In this document: positions 29,565 through 38,965 of the stretch, piece after piece
Layout of the letters: the number at the start of each line of letters is the position of its first letter
Numbering within the stretch: position 1 is the stretch's first letter
From: Candidatus Bathyarchaeota archaeon
Lineage (GTDB): Archaea; Thermoproteota; Bathyarchaeia; Bathyarchaeales; Bathycorpusculaceae
Length of the DNA: 64,000 bases
Direction: 5' to 3'
Assembly (NCBI GenBank): GCA_963775465.1
Contig: CAVZIW010000003.1
Location: forward strand, 64,001 to 128,000
Notes under the pieces: generated by a model
The model's database searches: none
The model's input: only the letters and a program-made list of their open reading frames with translations
What the model was told of the DNA's origin: nothing
Position numbers and translations under genes: made by a program

Positions 29565-30815
29565 TTATGGCCAGAGTCCTAATGTTTTTATGGCGTTTGC
29601 TACTCTTCCGACCCCGAGCATTAGGGCACCTGTTCGCATGTCGCTCTCTTCTTTGGTGACGATCGCTTCGACATCGTTGAAGGCTTTTGTCATCTTTGTT
29701 TCAAGTTTTTGGTTTACGAGCTCAAGAGGCCACTGTTCACGGGTTAGGTTTTGGACCCACTCAAAGTAGCTGACGGTGACTCCGCCACTGTTTGCAAGAA
29801 TGTCTGGGATAAGGCAAATTTCCTTTTCATACAGGATTTTGTCAGCTTCTGGTGTGGTTGGTCCGTTTGCGGCTTCAGCGACCATGTGGGTTTTGATTTG
29901 GTCGGCGTTCTTGCGCGTGATTTGGTTCTCCAATGCTGCGGGTATTAGTATGTCACATTCAAGTTCCAGAATTTCCGTATTAGTGACATTTTTGCAGTCT
30001 TTGTATCCTTGTACAGAATTGGTTTTTCCTTTGTGAATCAGCACGTCAATTGGGTTTAAGCCATCTGGGCAATATATGCCTCCTGTTGAATCGCTAACTG
30101 CAATTACTTTGCAGCCGATTTCTTTTGCTGCTACTGCAGCATTGTAGCCAACGTTGCCAAAGCCTTGGATGACTACTGAGGCATTCTTAAGTTTCAAGCC
30201 ATTGTTTTCTGCAGCTTGCTTAACGCAATGAATGACTCCTCGTCCCGTGGCTTCAGTTCTGCCCCATGAACCGCCGATTTCAACGGGTTTTCCTGTGGCG
30301 CTTTCAGGGATTCTGTATCCTTTTAGTTGGCTGTAGGTGTCCATGACCCATGCCATGGTTTGTGCGTCTGTGTACATGTCAGGCGCTGGAATGTCACGTT
30401 GTGGACCAAGATACTCAAAAATCATGCTTACGTATCTTCGTGTTAAGCGTTCGAGTTCGTGGTTGCTTAATTTTTTTGTATCGACGCATATGCCGCCTTT
30501 TGCTCCGCCAAATGGGACGTCGGCTATGGCACATTTCCAGGTCATAAGCATTGCGAGTGCTGTGACTTCATCGAGGGTTATATTTTGATAGAAGCGGATT
30601 CCTCCCTTGAAGGGTCCACGTGCATCCCAATGTTGCACCCTGACGCCGTTGAAGACGCCTACAGAGCCGTTGTCGAGGCGGATGTCGATGCTGACTAAAA
30701 TTGAGCGTTTAGGTTGGCTTAGCATTTTTTGTATGCCATGGTCAAGCCCCAGTTTTTTTGTGGCAAGTTTGAGTTGGGATAAAGTTACTTCTAATCCTGA
30801 ATGTTCTTCAGACAT
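29565..30815 (-). CDS. gdhA: glutamate dehydrogenase (ELFV family)
   Basis: GPFKGGIR, GGAKGG, GFGNVG and EAANGP motifs. Confidence 0.93.
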   Translation of the reverse strand: MSEEHSGLEVTLSQLKLATKKLGLDHGIQKMLSQPKRSILVSIDIRLDNGSVGVFNGVRVQHWDARGPFKGGIRFYQNITLDEVTALAMLMTWKCAIADVPFGGAKGGICVDTKKLSNHELERLTRRYVSMIFEYLGPQRDIPAPDMYTDAQTMAWVMDTYSQLKGYRIPESATGKPVEIGGSWGRTEATGRGVIHCVKQAAENNGLKLKNASVVIQGFGNVGYNAAVAAKEIGCKVIAVSDSTGGIYCPDGLNPIDVLIHKGKTNSVQGYKDCKNVTNTEILELECDILIPAALENQITRKNADQIKTHMVAEAANGPTTPEADKILYEKEICLIPDILANSGGVTVSYFEWVQNLTREQWPLELVNQKLETKMTKAFNDVEAIVTKEESDMRTGALMLGVGRVANAIKTLGLWP

Positions 30816-31071
30816 TAATGAACCCTTCAATTACTTTTGTTAAGTTTGCGAATGGTTAGATAAGAATTGCCGTGCTTTTTTGTGTGTTTTGTTGATGCTT
30901 TTGTATACCGTATTGACCTGTCTTCTAGAAGTTAGTTCTTTCTACACTTGTTATTGTCAATTTGCACAAAATTTGGTATTATTAGTGTCTTTTGATAAAA
31001 TTTATGTTAGTAATATTGAAATGTATGTGATATTTTTGTTTGGATAATGTGGGAGTAAGCAGTTTAGCTAT

Positions 31072-31416
31072 TCAACCAAGGTTAAGACTTGTTTCTTCGA
31101 AATGTTTTTTATCGCTTAAACACCGCGGACACACACAGTTGAATGGAAGATTCTTTGTTGTACATAATTCAATGTAACTGCATCCATTGCATTGGAAATC
31201 TTTTCCGCAACGAATGCAGCTTTGCAGAAAAACCACTTCACTTCCCAAGATGGCACTCACAGCTTCCATTATTTTTTCAATGTTGTTACAGCTTTTGATT
31301 GAAAAAAGGGCAATGTCTCGGTTATAATCCAGCCCCAAACGCATAAGGTTGACAAATTTATCTTTATCCATCCGAGGCAATTTGAAACCGTTCTTATTCA
31401 AAACAATAACCATCAA
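31072..31416 (-). CDS. hypothetical Cys-rich (putative zinc-binding) protein
   Basis: C-terminal CxxC-x4-CxxC-x5-C-x8-CxCxxC; abuts rfcL. Confidence 0.7.
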   Translation of the reverse strand: MMVIVLNKNGFKLPRMDKDKFVNLMRLGLDYNRDIALFSIKSCNNIEKIMEAVSAILGSEVVFLQSCIRCGKDFQCNGCSYIELCTTKNLPFNCVCPRCLSDKKHFEETSLNLG

Positions 31417-31417
31417 A

Positions 31418-32656
31418 TCAGAACCTACTCATTTTAGCTAAAAAGTCAACTTCTTCTTGTGTAAACTTGAACCAATCAACAAGACCGCTAGATTTTTTCT
31501 TCTGGAGAATTACTTTGATGAATGGGATAAAATCATTTTTAGCAGTTTCTTTAGATACGTGGCATTGAGCGCCAATTTTTAGGCAGATGTTATTTAGCAT
31601 TGTTCTTTTTCCTTTCGTCCAGAAGAGAGTGATGATGCGTATAGGAGGTGAGATGAATTCAAATGGTTTGTAGGATTCGTGGTTCACCGAGGCGGCTTTT
31701 GCTAGCTCATTATAGAAGTATTTTAGCAAATGCCAGTTCTCTGTGCCAATCCTTCCACGGAAAACATCGGCTTGCGAAATGAGATTGTATGCTTTGGCCA
31801 GCTCATTTGGGTCTAGATATCTTTTTGGCAGATTGTCGCTGACGGATAGCAGAAAATCGTCGTAGTCAACATTTGAATAGCTAAATAAACGGGATGCTTC
31901 GGCGATTGATTCTGCTGTGAAGAAGCCTCTAAGGGTTTCGTCCATGCTTAAGGCTTTGTTTCGAGAGCGTAACATCATAGTGTCTTGTAAAGTTAGGGTA
32001 TGGTTTTGTTCGCTTAAGCTCTGTAAATCGTTTATGGCAGCGCGAACGTCACCGCGACTGTTCTTGGCAATTCTCTCGAGTGCTTCAAACTCTGCTTTAA
32101 CATGCTCTAGAAGACAAATCTTTTGTAGCAGTGCGATGATTAGTGGAATCCGCACTTGTTGAAAGCGTACTAGCAAACAGACCTTCTTTAGGGGTCGTAG
32201 TTTGCTTATATCGGGGTCGTTTGCAGCCATTATGACTGGCACAAGGGATTCTTCTACTATCTGGATTATTGCGCTTACTCCACCTCTGTCTTGGTTTCCT
32301 GCGATCCCATCTACTTCATCAAGAAAAAGCATGTTTCCTCTGGTTTTAGTTGTTCCTGAAAAATTGTCAAGTGCCCTGTATGAGGTTGCTGGTTTGGCTA
32401 CAGCGTTAACTGCTTTTTCGGAGCGGGTATCGCTGGCGTTCATTTCGATTATGGTAAAGTTATATTCTTTTGCAGAGGCATTAACCAACGCGGTTTTTCC
32501 CACACCTGGGGGGCCATAAAGCAGTACTGCTTTTTTGTTGTGACGTTTGTTTTGTAACCATTCTGTAAAAGTTGCTTTAGCTTCTTCGTTTCCTATGATG
32601 TCTTGTATCTTTGTGGGGCGGTATTTTTCAACCCATAGAATTTCATTTCTCAGCAT
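31418..32656 (-). CDS. rfcL: replication factor C large subunit
   Basis: WVEKYRP, GPPGVGKT, EMNASD and DEVDG motifs. Confidence 0.93.
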   Translation of the reverse strand: MLRNEILWVEKYRPTKIQDIIGNEEAKATFTEWLQNKRHNKKAVLLYGPPGVGKTALVNASAKEYNFTIIEMNASDTRSEKAVNAVAKPATSYRALDNFSGTTKTRGNMLFLDEVDGIAGNQDRGGVSAIIQIVEESLVPVIMAANDPDISKLRPLKKVCLLVRFQQVRIPLIIALLQKICLLEHVKAEFEALERIAKNSRGDVRAAINDLQSLSEQNHTLTLQDTMMLRSRNKALSMDETLRGFFTAESIAEASRLFSYSNVDYDDFLLSVSDNLPKRYLDPNELAKAYNLISQADVFRGRIGTENWHLLKYFYNELAKAASVNHESYKPFEFISPPIRIITLFWTKGKRTMLNNICLKIGAQCHVSKETAKNDFIPFIKVILQKKKSSGLVDWFKFTQEEVDFLAKMSRF

Positions 32657-33650
32657 ATTTTTCCTCTAGATTTTTTCCGAATTTTGCAAATTGTGCTAAA
32701 AGAGCACTTAGTTGAATGTCGCTGTTGGCGCCCTGAGTTAGGCGATAATCGTATTCACCGATCAAGCCGGATAAGTCAGCTTTTTGTTCTGGTGTTAAAT
32801 CTGACATTTTAAAGATTTCGCGTTGCACTTGTCGTATGATTTCTGAGCCCGAAAATCCAAAGTTGCCCATGATGTCATACATGGTTTTTCGTGCTTCAAT
32901 GAAGTCGCCGTACAAAGCTTTGCGAATCATTTTTTGTACTAGCATGGGACTTGCTTCTCCGATTACCAACAAAACTGTTTTTTCGTCAACTATGCCTTCT
33001 TTGTAGGCTGAAGCGGTTTGTAGGGCATTAATAGCGTGTCTTAAGTCGCCCTCCGCGTAATCTGCAATTTTTTCTGTAGCTTCAGGAAGCAGAGTGATGT
33101 TTTCTTTTTTAGCGATGCATTGTAGTTGGTCTTTCATTGCTTGGCGATCTACGCGTGAGAAACGGAAAATGGCGCATCGACTTTGGATGGGCTCGATAAT
33201 TTTGCTTGATTGATTGCATATTAGGATGAATCTTGATGTGCGAGAGCCTATTTCCATAATTCGGCGAAGTGCGGTTTGTGCTGGACCTGTCATTTGATCG
33301 CATTCGTCGAGGATAATTAGGGCGAAAGGTATCTCTCCGAACCCTGAACGACTGTAACGTGAGAAATCTTTGATTCGGTCACGGACAGTGTCGATGCCTC
33401 TTTCATCAGAAGCGTTAAGCTCCAGTGTGAAGTTTTTCCAATTTGCTCCGTATAATTCATGTGCAATGGCAAGGGCAATGGTGGTTTTGCCTGTGCCTGG
33501 GATGCCCGCTAACATTAGATGTGGCATAGTTTTGGGTTTTTTCATGAACGCCTTGAGGCTTTCCACGATGTCTTTTAAGCCGACGACCTCGTCAAGGCAT
33601 TTTGGTCGATATTTTTCAACCCACATAAGTGTTTCTTCGTTAGTTGCCAT
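32643..33650 (-). CDS. rfcS: replication factor C small subunit
   Basis: WVEKYRP, ELNASDERG and IQSRC motifs; no intein. Confidence 0.95.
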   Translation of the reverse strand: MATNEETLMWVEKYRPKCLDEVVGLKDIVESLKAFMKKPKTMPHLMLAGIPGTGKTTIALAIAHELYGANWKNFTLELNASDERGIDTVRDRIKDFSRYSRSGFGEIPFALIILDECDQMTGPAQTALRRIMEIGSRTSRFILICNQSSKIIEPIQSRCAIFRFSRVDRQAMKDQLQCIAKKENITLLPEATEKIADYAEGDLRHAINALQTASAYKEGIVDEKTVLLVIGEASPMLVQKMIRKALYGDFIEARKTMYDIMGNFGFSGSEIIRQVQREIFKMSDLTPEQKADLSGLIGEYDYRLTQGANSDIQLSALLAQFAKFGKNLEEKYAEK

Positions 33651-33742
33651 TAAAGTAACCTTCAACAATGAGTAATACAATACCTTATTTTACGATTAAT
33701 TTATCTTTTCCCCAGAAAGAAAACTAACTGCTTCTACAGAAA

Positions 33743-34084
33743 TTAGCCTATTATGCTGCCTTCAGCTATGTCTTTTTCAGGTTGTAAAATTGAAACGTTG
33801 CCGGTGGAATCTTCAGCTGCTAAAATCATGCATTGCGATTCAATGCCTGCTATCATGCGGTGCTGCAAGTTTAGGAGAAAAACGCATTTTTTGCCCACTA
33901 ACTCTTCGGGCTTATAAAACTTAAGTAGACCTGCAACTGCTTGGCGCTTTTCATTGCCGAAGTCGGCGAGAATTTTGATCAGTTTTTTTGAGTCTGATAC
34001 TTGGGTTGCTTCGATTATTTTTCCGATGCGAAAGTCGAATTTTTCAAATTCGGTAAATAAGACTTCTTCTGTTAACGTGTTCAC
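33743..34084 (-). CDS. stand-alone tRNA-binding OB-fold protein (Trbp111 / MetRS C-terminal-like / CsaA)
   Basis: DFRIGKI, KKLIK, RQAVAGL and ESQCMILAA motifs; start uncertain. Confidence 0.85.
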   Translation of the reverse strand: MNTLTEEVLFTEFEKFDFRIGKIIEATQVSDSKKLIKILADFGNEKRQAVAGLLKFYKPEELVGKKCVFLLNLQHRMIAGIESQCMILAAEDSTGNVSILQPEKDIAEGSIIG

Positions 34085-34188
34085 GTCCCTGGCGTAGTTA
34101 GTTTCTTTTTGGATATTTACTTTGCTTTTTTCGCAAAAAGGCTTTCTTGAGTTTTTTGAATGTAGAATTTCTCTTCTATGTTTGTCTT

Positions 34189-34851
34189 TCAAGCTTTAGC
34201 CTTTTTTTGTTTTCGTATTGCTTTAGGATTTTCAGGTTTGAATTGTTTCAAATAGTCTTCAAGCGATTTTCGGCGCACTTCAAGAGTGATATCGCCTCGG
34301 GTGGTTTCGATTATTCTTCGGGCAATGTCTTGTTTATGCCGAAGACCTGGAACCAGCATGTAAGCTTCATCCAAAGCTAATAATTCAATGAAAACTTGAT
34401 CCATTATGTTTAGGCATTCTTCGCCTCCCTTTACATCATCTTCCCGTAACTTGTCTAGCGCCAAACGCCTATATTCACCGATAACGTCTGCCAAACCTAG
34501 CACGTAATCGACCGAGGAGACTCTAATCTCTTCTGGTGTGATAAATCGCTCTTCTAAAATTAAAGTCAGAAAGATGTTGGCTTCCGCGTATTCTTGCAGC
34601 GCCGCGGTAAACATGCCACTGTATACTATCTCTGGGTATTGTTTAGCTTTGGCTTGAAGGTTTAGAATAAAATCTTTAGCGGCAGAAATCATTTCTTTTG
34701 CTTCTGTGATCTTTTTTTGGTGAATTAGCAAGATAGTTTGTTTTGAAAGGCTTGTAGCTTTGCGCATGCTCTCATGAGTTTCTTCTCGAAGCTGATTTTT
34801 CTCCATAAGATCGGCTTTTATTTTTTGTAGTACTTTTTCCAAAGAGGACAA
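34189..34851 (-). CDS. translin/TRAX family protein
   Basis: QEYAEA, YVLGLADVIGEYRR and LRHKQD motifs. Confidence 0.88.
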   Translation of the reverse strand: MSSLEKVLQKIKADLMEKNQLREETHESMRKATSLSKQTILLIHQKKITEAKEMISAAKDFILNLQAKAKQYPEIVYSGMFTAALQEYAEANIFLTLILEERFITPEEIRVSSVDYVLGLADVIGEYRRLALDKLREDDVKGGEECLNIMDQVFIELLALDEAYMLVPGLRHKQDIARRIIETTRGDITLEVRRKSLEDYLKQFKPENPKAIRKQKKAKA

Positions 34852-35045
34852 AAAAAACACCACATGTAGAATGCTACTTTAGCTATTTATTTCAATCACC
34901 AGAATAAGCCCAATTATCTATCATAACTTTTCAATTGATTTATTATCTATTGATTAAATAAACTCAATTGAGCGATTGAGCGACTAATGTTATCGCCTAA
35001 ATTTTAGTAAAATTGGCTATTTTGTGCAAAGGATTTGTCGAAATT

Positions 35046-35060
35046 GCAAACTTTTAAATA
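35046..35060 (+). promoter_or_regulatory. putative BRE/TATA promoter of beta-propeller gene 1
   Basis: GCAAAC followed by TTTTAAATA about 50 bp upstream of the ATG; SD AGGAG at 35092-35096. Confidence 0.5.
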
Positions 35061-35106
35061 CCCTGTTAGTTGACCTAGATTTTGCAAAAACAGGAGAAAA
35101 TTAAAA

Positions 35107-37719
35107 ATGGAATTTTGCAAAAACAAAAAAATCTCTATTGCAATCGTAATATTGCTAACAGTTTCAATGGCAGCTTCGATGATGCTAGTGCCCACCACTT
35201 CTGCTCATGATCCCGCTTGGGATATAACAACTAATGCTTACATAGCAGCTAACCCCAATCCTATAGGCGTCGGTCAGTCAAGCCTTATCTACTTATGGTT
35301 AAACAGAGTCTACGATGGTGCAGCAATCGGCAACGAAAATAGGTTCCACAACTACAAACTCACTATAACCGCCCCTGATGGAACAGTTACAACCCAAACT
35401 TTTGATACCATCGAGGATACAACATCTAACCAAGGCTATCGTTTTACCCCTGATCAAGTCGGAACATACAACCTTACCTTCAATTTCCCTGGACAAAACA
35501 TAAACGACTATACCCATAATGCTAACTCGCAATATGTAAACGACACATACTTGCCCAGCAGCGCAACAACAACACTAATTGTTCAAGAAGAAGCAATTTC
35601 ATACTTGCCTCTAACACCTTTGCCAACCGAGTATTGGACTCGACCCATATACGGCGAGAACACCAACTGGTTTACTATATCCTCTAACTGGCTTGGCAGC
35701 GGGTCACCCGGCTACGGTGGCTTCTCAAATAGTTACAACTCAGGCGGAAACGGTATGCTAGTAAGCCCACAAGATGCAGTTGGACCAATGACCTCTCACA
35801 TAATGTGGACTAGACCATATGAAACAGGCGGAGTAGTTGGAGGAGACAACTTTGCAATCCAAGGTGACACATACTTCGAAGGCTCAGCATACAACCAAAG
35901 ATTTACAAACCCACTAATTGTGAACGGCAAACTCTACTACACACAAACAACATCTTTCGTAGTGTCCTTCTTCGGAGCCTCAGGACCACTTACATGTGTT
36001 GATCTCCGAACAGGAGAACTCATATGGCAAAGAGATGATGTTCCCGCAATCAGTTTTGCCTACATCTATGATGTTCAAGATCCTAACCAACACGGTGTTT
36101 ACCCAGCAATACTCTTCACAAGCAACTTTGGACGCGCTTTTGACGCAGACACAGGAAACCCATTGTTCAACGTAACTGGTGTGCCATCAGCAAATCAATA
36201 CTCAATGGCACTTGGTCCACAGGGAGAGCAGCTACGGTTCATTTTAACAAATAAGGGAACGCGTAGTAGTCCAGATTGGTATCTGGCCGAATGGAACTCC
36301 TCTAAGCTTTGGAGTTACACTGGTTTGTCTCCATCCATTTCGGGCACAACCGACGGTAGCACTCCCGACCGATATGACTGGAATGTCTCAGTTTCAGCTC
36401 TTAACTCAGAAGGATCAATAACTGTGGTTCGCGCATTATACAACGATGTACTTCTATGCTACAGCGGAACATTACCCTCCCAAGGAGCCACTTTCATGGG
36501 TACATTGGGCTTCAATGACTACACATACTATGCCATCAGTCTCGCTGAAGGTCACCAAGGCAGTCTTCTATGGTCAAACACACTTAAGCCACCAGCAGGC
36601 AACCTTACTGTAATGGAATCTGGTGTTGACCCAATAAACCGAGTCTTCACTGAAACTCTAAGAGAAACCAACAATTTTGTCGGCTACAACTTAGATACAG
36701 GCGCAAAAATGTGGGGACCAACACCACCTCAAGTAGCTCTTGACTACTACGGTAGCCCATCTTCAGGCAGCATAACCGATACAATAGCATACGGTAAACT
36801 ATACGCCATGGGTTACGGAGGTATAGTCTACTGCTATGATACAAACACAGGCGATCTCCTCTGGACATATGGCAACGGCGGAGAAGGCAACAGCACAAAC
36901 AGCGGCTTTGAAGTACCAGGCCACTACCCAATATTCGTTCAAGCCATCGGCAACGATGTTGTATACCTCGCCTCTTCAGAGCACACAGTCGAAACCCCAA
37001 TCTACAAAGGCGCACTAGCACGAGCTATCAACGCAACAACCGGCGAAGAAATCTGGACTCTCTCAAGCTATACTGGCGAGTTCTTTGCCATGAGCTATGC
37101 AATTGCCGACGGTTACGCAACCTGGTTCAACGGCTATGACAACCAAATCTACAGCGTAGGCAAAGGACCAACAACTCTAAACGTAGAAGCACCCACACTT
37201 GCTAGCACACTGGGCTCAAGCCTCGTGATTCGCGGTTCACTATACGATGTTTCCGCAGGCACACAACAAAACGAGCAAGCTAGTCGCTTTACAAAAGGCG
37301 TTCCATGCGCTTCCGATGCAAGCATGAAAGGCTGGATGGGCTATGTTTATCAACAACAGGTATTACCAAGCAACTTCATGGGTGTTGATGTTACAATCGA
37401 TGTCCTTGACTCTAACGGCAACTACCGCAACATTGGAACTGCAACTACTGACGCAAGCGGAGCATACACTTTAACATGGATGCCCGATATTCCTGGAGAC
37501 TACCTGGTTGTTGCTACTTTCCATGGCACAAACGGTTACTGGCCATCATACGCAGAGACAAGTTTCACAGTTGATCCAGCAGCGCCAACAGCAGCGCCGA
37601 CAGAAGCACCGCCACAATCAACAGCTGACATGTACTTTGTACCTGCAATCGCTGGTCTATTCGTTTTGATCATTATAGTACTAGTCTTAGTATTATTAGT
37701 GCTCAGAAAACGACCATAA
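35107..37719 (+). CDS. secreted PQQ-like beta-propeller repeat protein with Ig-like flanks and C-terminal TM anchor (paralog 1)
   Basis: signal peptide; propeller motifs CVDLRTGELIW, CYDTNTGDLLW and AINATTGEEIW; Pro/Thr/Ala linker, TM helix, RKRP tail. Confidence 0.85.
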   Translation: MEFCKNKKISIAIVILLTVSMAASMMLVPTTSAHDPAWDITTNAYIAANPNPIGVGQSSLIYLWLNRVYDGAAIGNENRFHNYKLTITAPDGTVTTQTFDTIEDTTSNQGYRFTPDQVGTYNLTFNFPGQNINDYTHNANSQYVNDTYLPSSATTTLIVQEEAISYLPLTPLPTEYWTRPIYGENTNWFTISSNWLGSGSPGYGGFSNSYNSGGNGMLVSPQDAVGPMTSHIMWTRPYETGGVVGGDNFAIQGDTYFEGSAYNQRFTNPLIVNGKLYYTQTTSFVVSFFGASGPLTCVDLRTGELIWQRDDVPAISFAYIYDVQDPNQHGVYPAILFTSNFGRAFDADTGNPLFNVTGVPSANQYSMALGPQGEQLRFILTNKGTRSSPDWYLAEWNSSKLWSYTGLSPSISGTTDGSTPDRYDWNVSVSALNSEGSITVVRALYNDVLLCYSGTLPSQGATFMGTLGFNDYTYYAISLAEGHQGSLLWSNTLKPPAGNLTVMESGVDPINRVFTETLRETNNFVGYNLDTGAKMWGPTPPQVALDYYGSPSSGSITDTIAYGKLYAMGYGGIVYCYDTNTGDLLWTYGNGGEGNSTNSGFEVPGHYPIFVQAIGNDVVYLASSEHTVETPIYKGALARAINATTGEEIWTLSSYTGEFFAMSYAIADGYATWFNGYDNQIYSVGKGPTTLNVEAPTLASTLGSSLVIRGSLYDVSAGTQQNEQASRFTKGVPCASDASMKGWMGYVYQQQVLPSNFMGVDVTIDVLDSNGNYRNIGTATTDASGAYTLTWMPDIPGDYLVVATFHGTNGYWPSYAETSFTVDPAAPTAAPTEAPPQSTADMYFVPAIAGLFVLIIIVLVLVLLVLRKRP
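37577..37692. repeat. 116-bp perfect direct repeat, copy 1 (linker/anchor coding)
   Basis: identical to 42782-42897 by manual comparison. Confidence 0.93.
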
Positions 37720-37744
37720 GAAAACAAAAACAAAACAACAAACC

Positions 37745-37782
37745 CTCTTTCTTTTTTTGTTTTTTTGTATTTTCTCTTTTCT
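37745..37782 (+). terminator. T-rich archaeal terminator
   Basis: multiple oligo-T tracts right after the stop codon. Confidence 0.55.
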
Positions 37783-37875
37783 TCATTTAGTTGACAGCGC
37801 TTCAGAAAACCTTGTTACTTACTGTCTTTTTAATGCATTTTCGGGCTTACTTTTGCAATAAGTTGGAAAATTTAG

Positions 37876-38868
37876 TTACATTGTAGAAATATTTTGCATT
37901 GGAGTCGGCCATTTTTCAGGAATTTTTCTCACACTAACCTCAAATTTGGTCACGCTTGATATACTCGAAATTTCATCTTGAATTCTAAACATTTGGTCTA
38001 AATCTCTTACCATTGCTGTTAATTGCATGTCGTAGTCCCCACTTGTTTTCGTAATTATTATCATATCCGGTATTTTGATGAATGATTCGATAATAGCTGA
38101 TGATGTGGTGGTCTGAGAAGCAAATGCTAAATTAAAGTCTAAGATTGCCCAATACCCAAGTTTTTCGGGATCAACTTGGATTGAAACTTTCATCGTTCCA
38201 TTTTTTCTCAGATTATTATACCTTCTGGCAACTGTATTGGTTGCTATCTTCATTTCCTTTGCAATTTGTGAGAATGACATCCTTCCGTTTTGTGTAAGTT
38301 TTTGGACTAATTCTTTATCTATTGCATCTACACTTGCTTTATCACTTGGTACTACCGCAACTAATTTTGAAAGTTCTTGGAAGATTGTACTGTTTTCTCT
38401 TGAGGAATTATTAGTGTTAAGATTTTCAGGAATGTTTTTGACACTTGTCCATAAATAGGTTTTTAAATTTACAATTGGGAGTTTTTGTCTTATCATTTGC
38501 TTGACTTGATCCAATTCATTTAGATTTTGCAAGTTTGTTATTGCTCTAATATTGTATATGCTATTGTATTGGCGGTAGGCCTGGATCTCACTTATTGTTC
38601 CTATGTAGTCCATAATTTGATTTATTTGGTGAGCATCTACACTTATGAGTAGCGTAGCTAAAGCAGCATAACCTAAATGTACAAAATTAACTTGAGTTGT
38701 AGCTCCTTTAATGACTCCTTTTTTTTCCAGACCCTTATATCTTTTCCAAATTTTATTTGTTGACGCATCACATTGTTTGGCTAATTCATCAAAACCCATT
38801 CGCCCATCTTTCAATAGCTCTCGCAATATTTTTGCGTCCAGTTCGCTAATTTCAGGCAATGACCTCAA
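37876..38868 (-). CDS. tandem-duplicated (HTH-RAM)x2 Lrp/AsnC transcriptional regulator A
   Basis: two HTH starts, LDAKILRELLKDGR and IDKELVQKLTQNGR, each followed by a RAM domain; start likely TTG 38868 or 38859. Confidence 0.88.
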   Translation of the reverse strand: MRSLPEISELDAKILRELLKDGRMGFDELAKQCDASTNKIWKRYKGLEKKGVIKGATTQVNFVHLGYAALATLLISVDAHQINQIMDYIGTISEIQAYRQYNSIYNIRAITNLQNLNELDQVKQMIRQKLPIVNLKTYLWTSVKNIPENLNTNNSSRENSTIFQELSKLVAVVPSDKASVDAIDKELVQKLTQNGRMSFSQIAKEMKIATNTVARRYNNLRKNGTMKVSIQVDPEKLGYWAILDFNLAFASQTTTSSAIIESFIKIPDMIIITKTSGDYDMQLTAMVRDLDQMFRIQDEISSISSVTKFEVSVRKIPEKWPTPMQNISTM

Positions 38869-38965
38869 TTGATTTTTCAACACTTTTACGAATTTAATTT
38901 TTTTGATAGGTATTTCAGTTATATCAAATATTGGAATAAATTTCGAATAGAGCGAGTTATTTTTC

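Noticed and set aside
26830-33650. Inteins in MCM or RFC
   Set aside because: Protein lengths are normal and motifs are contiguous
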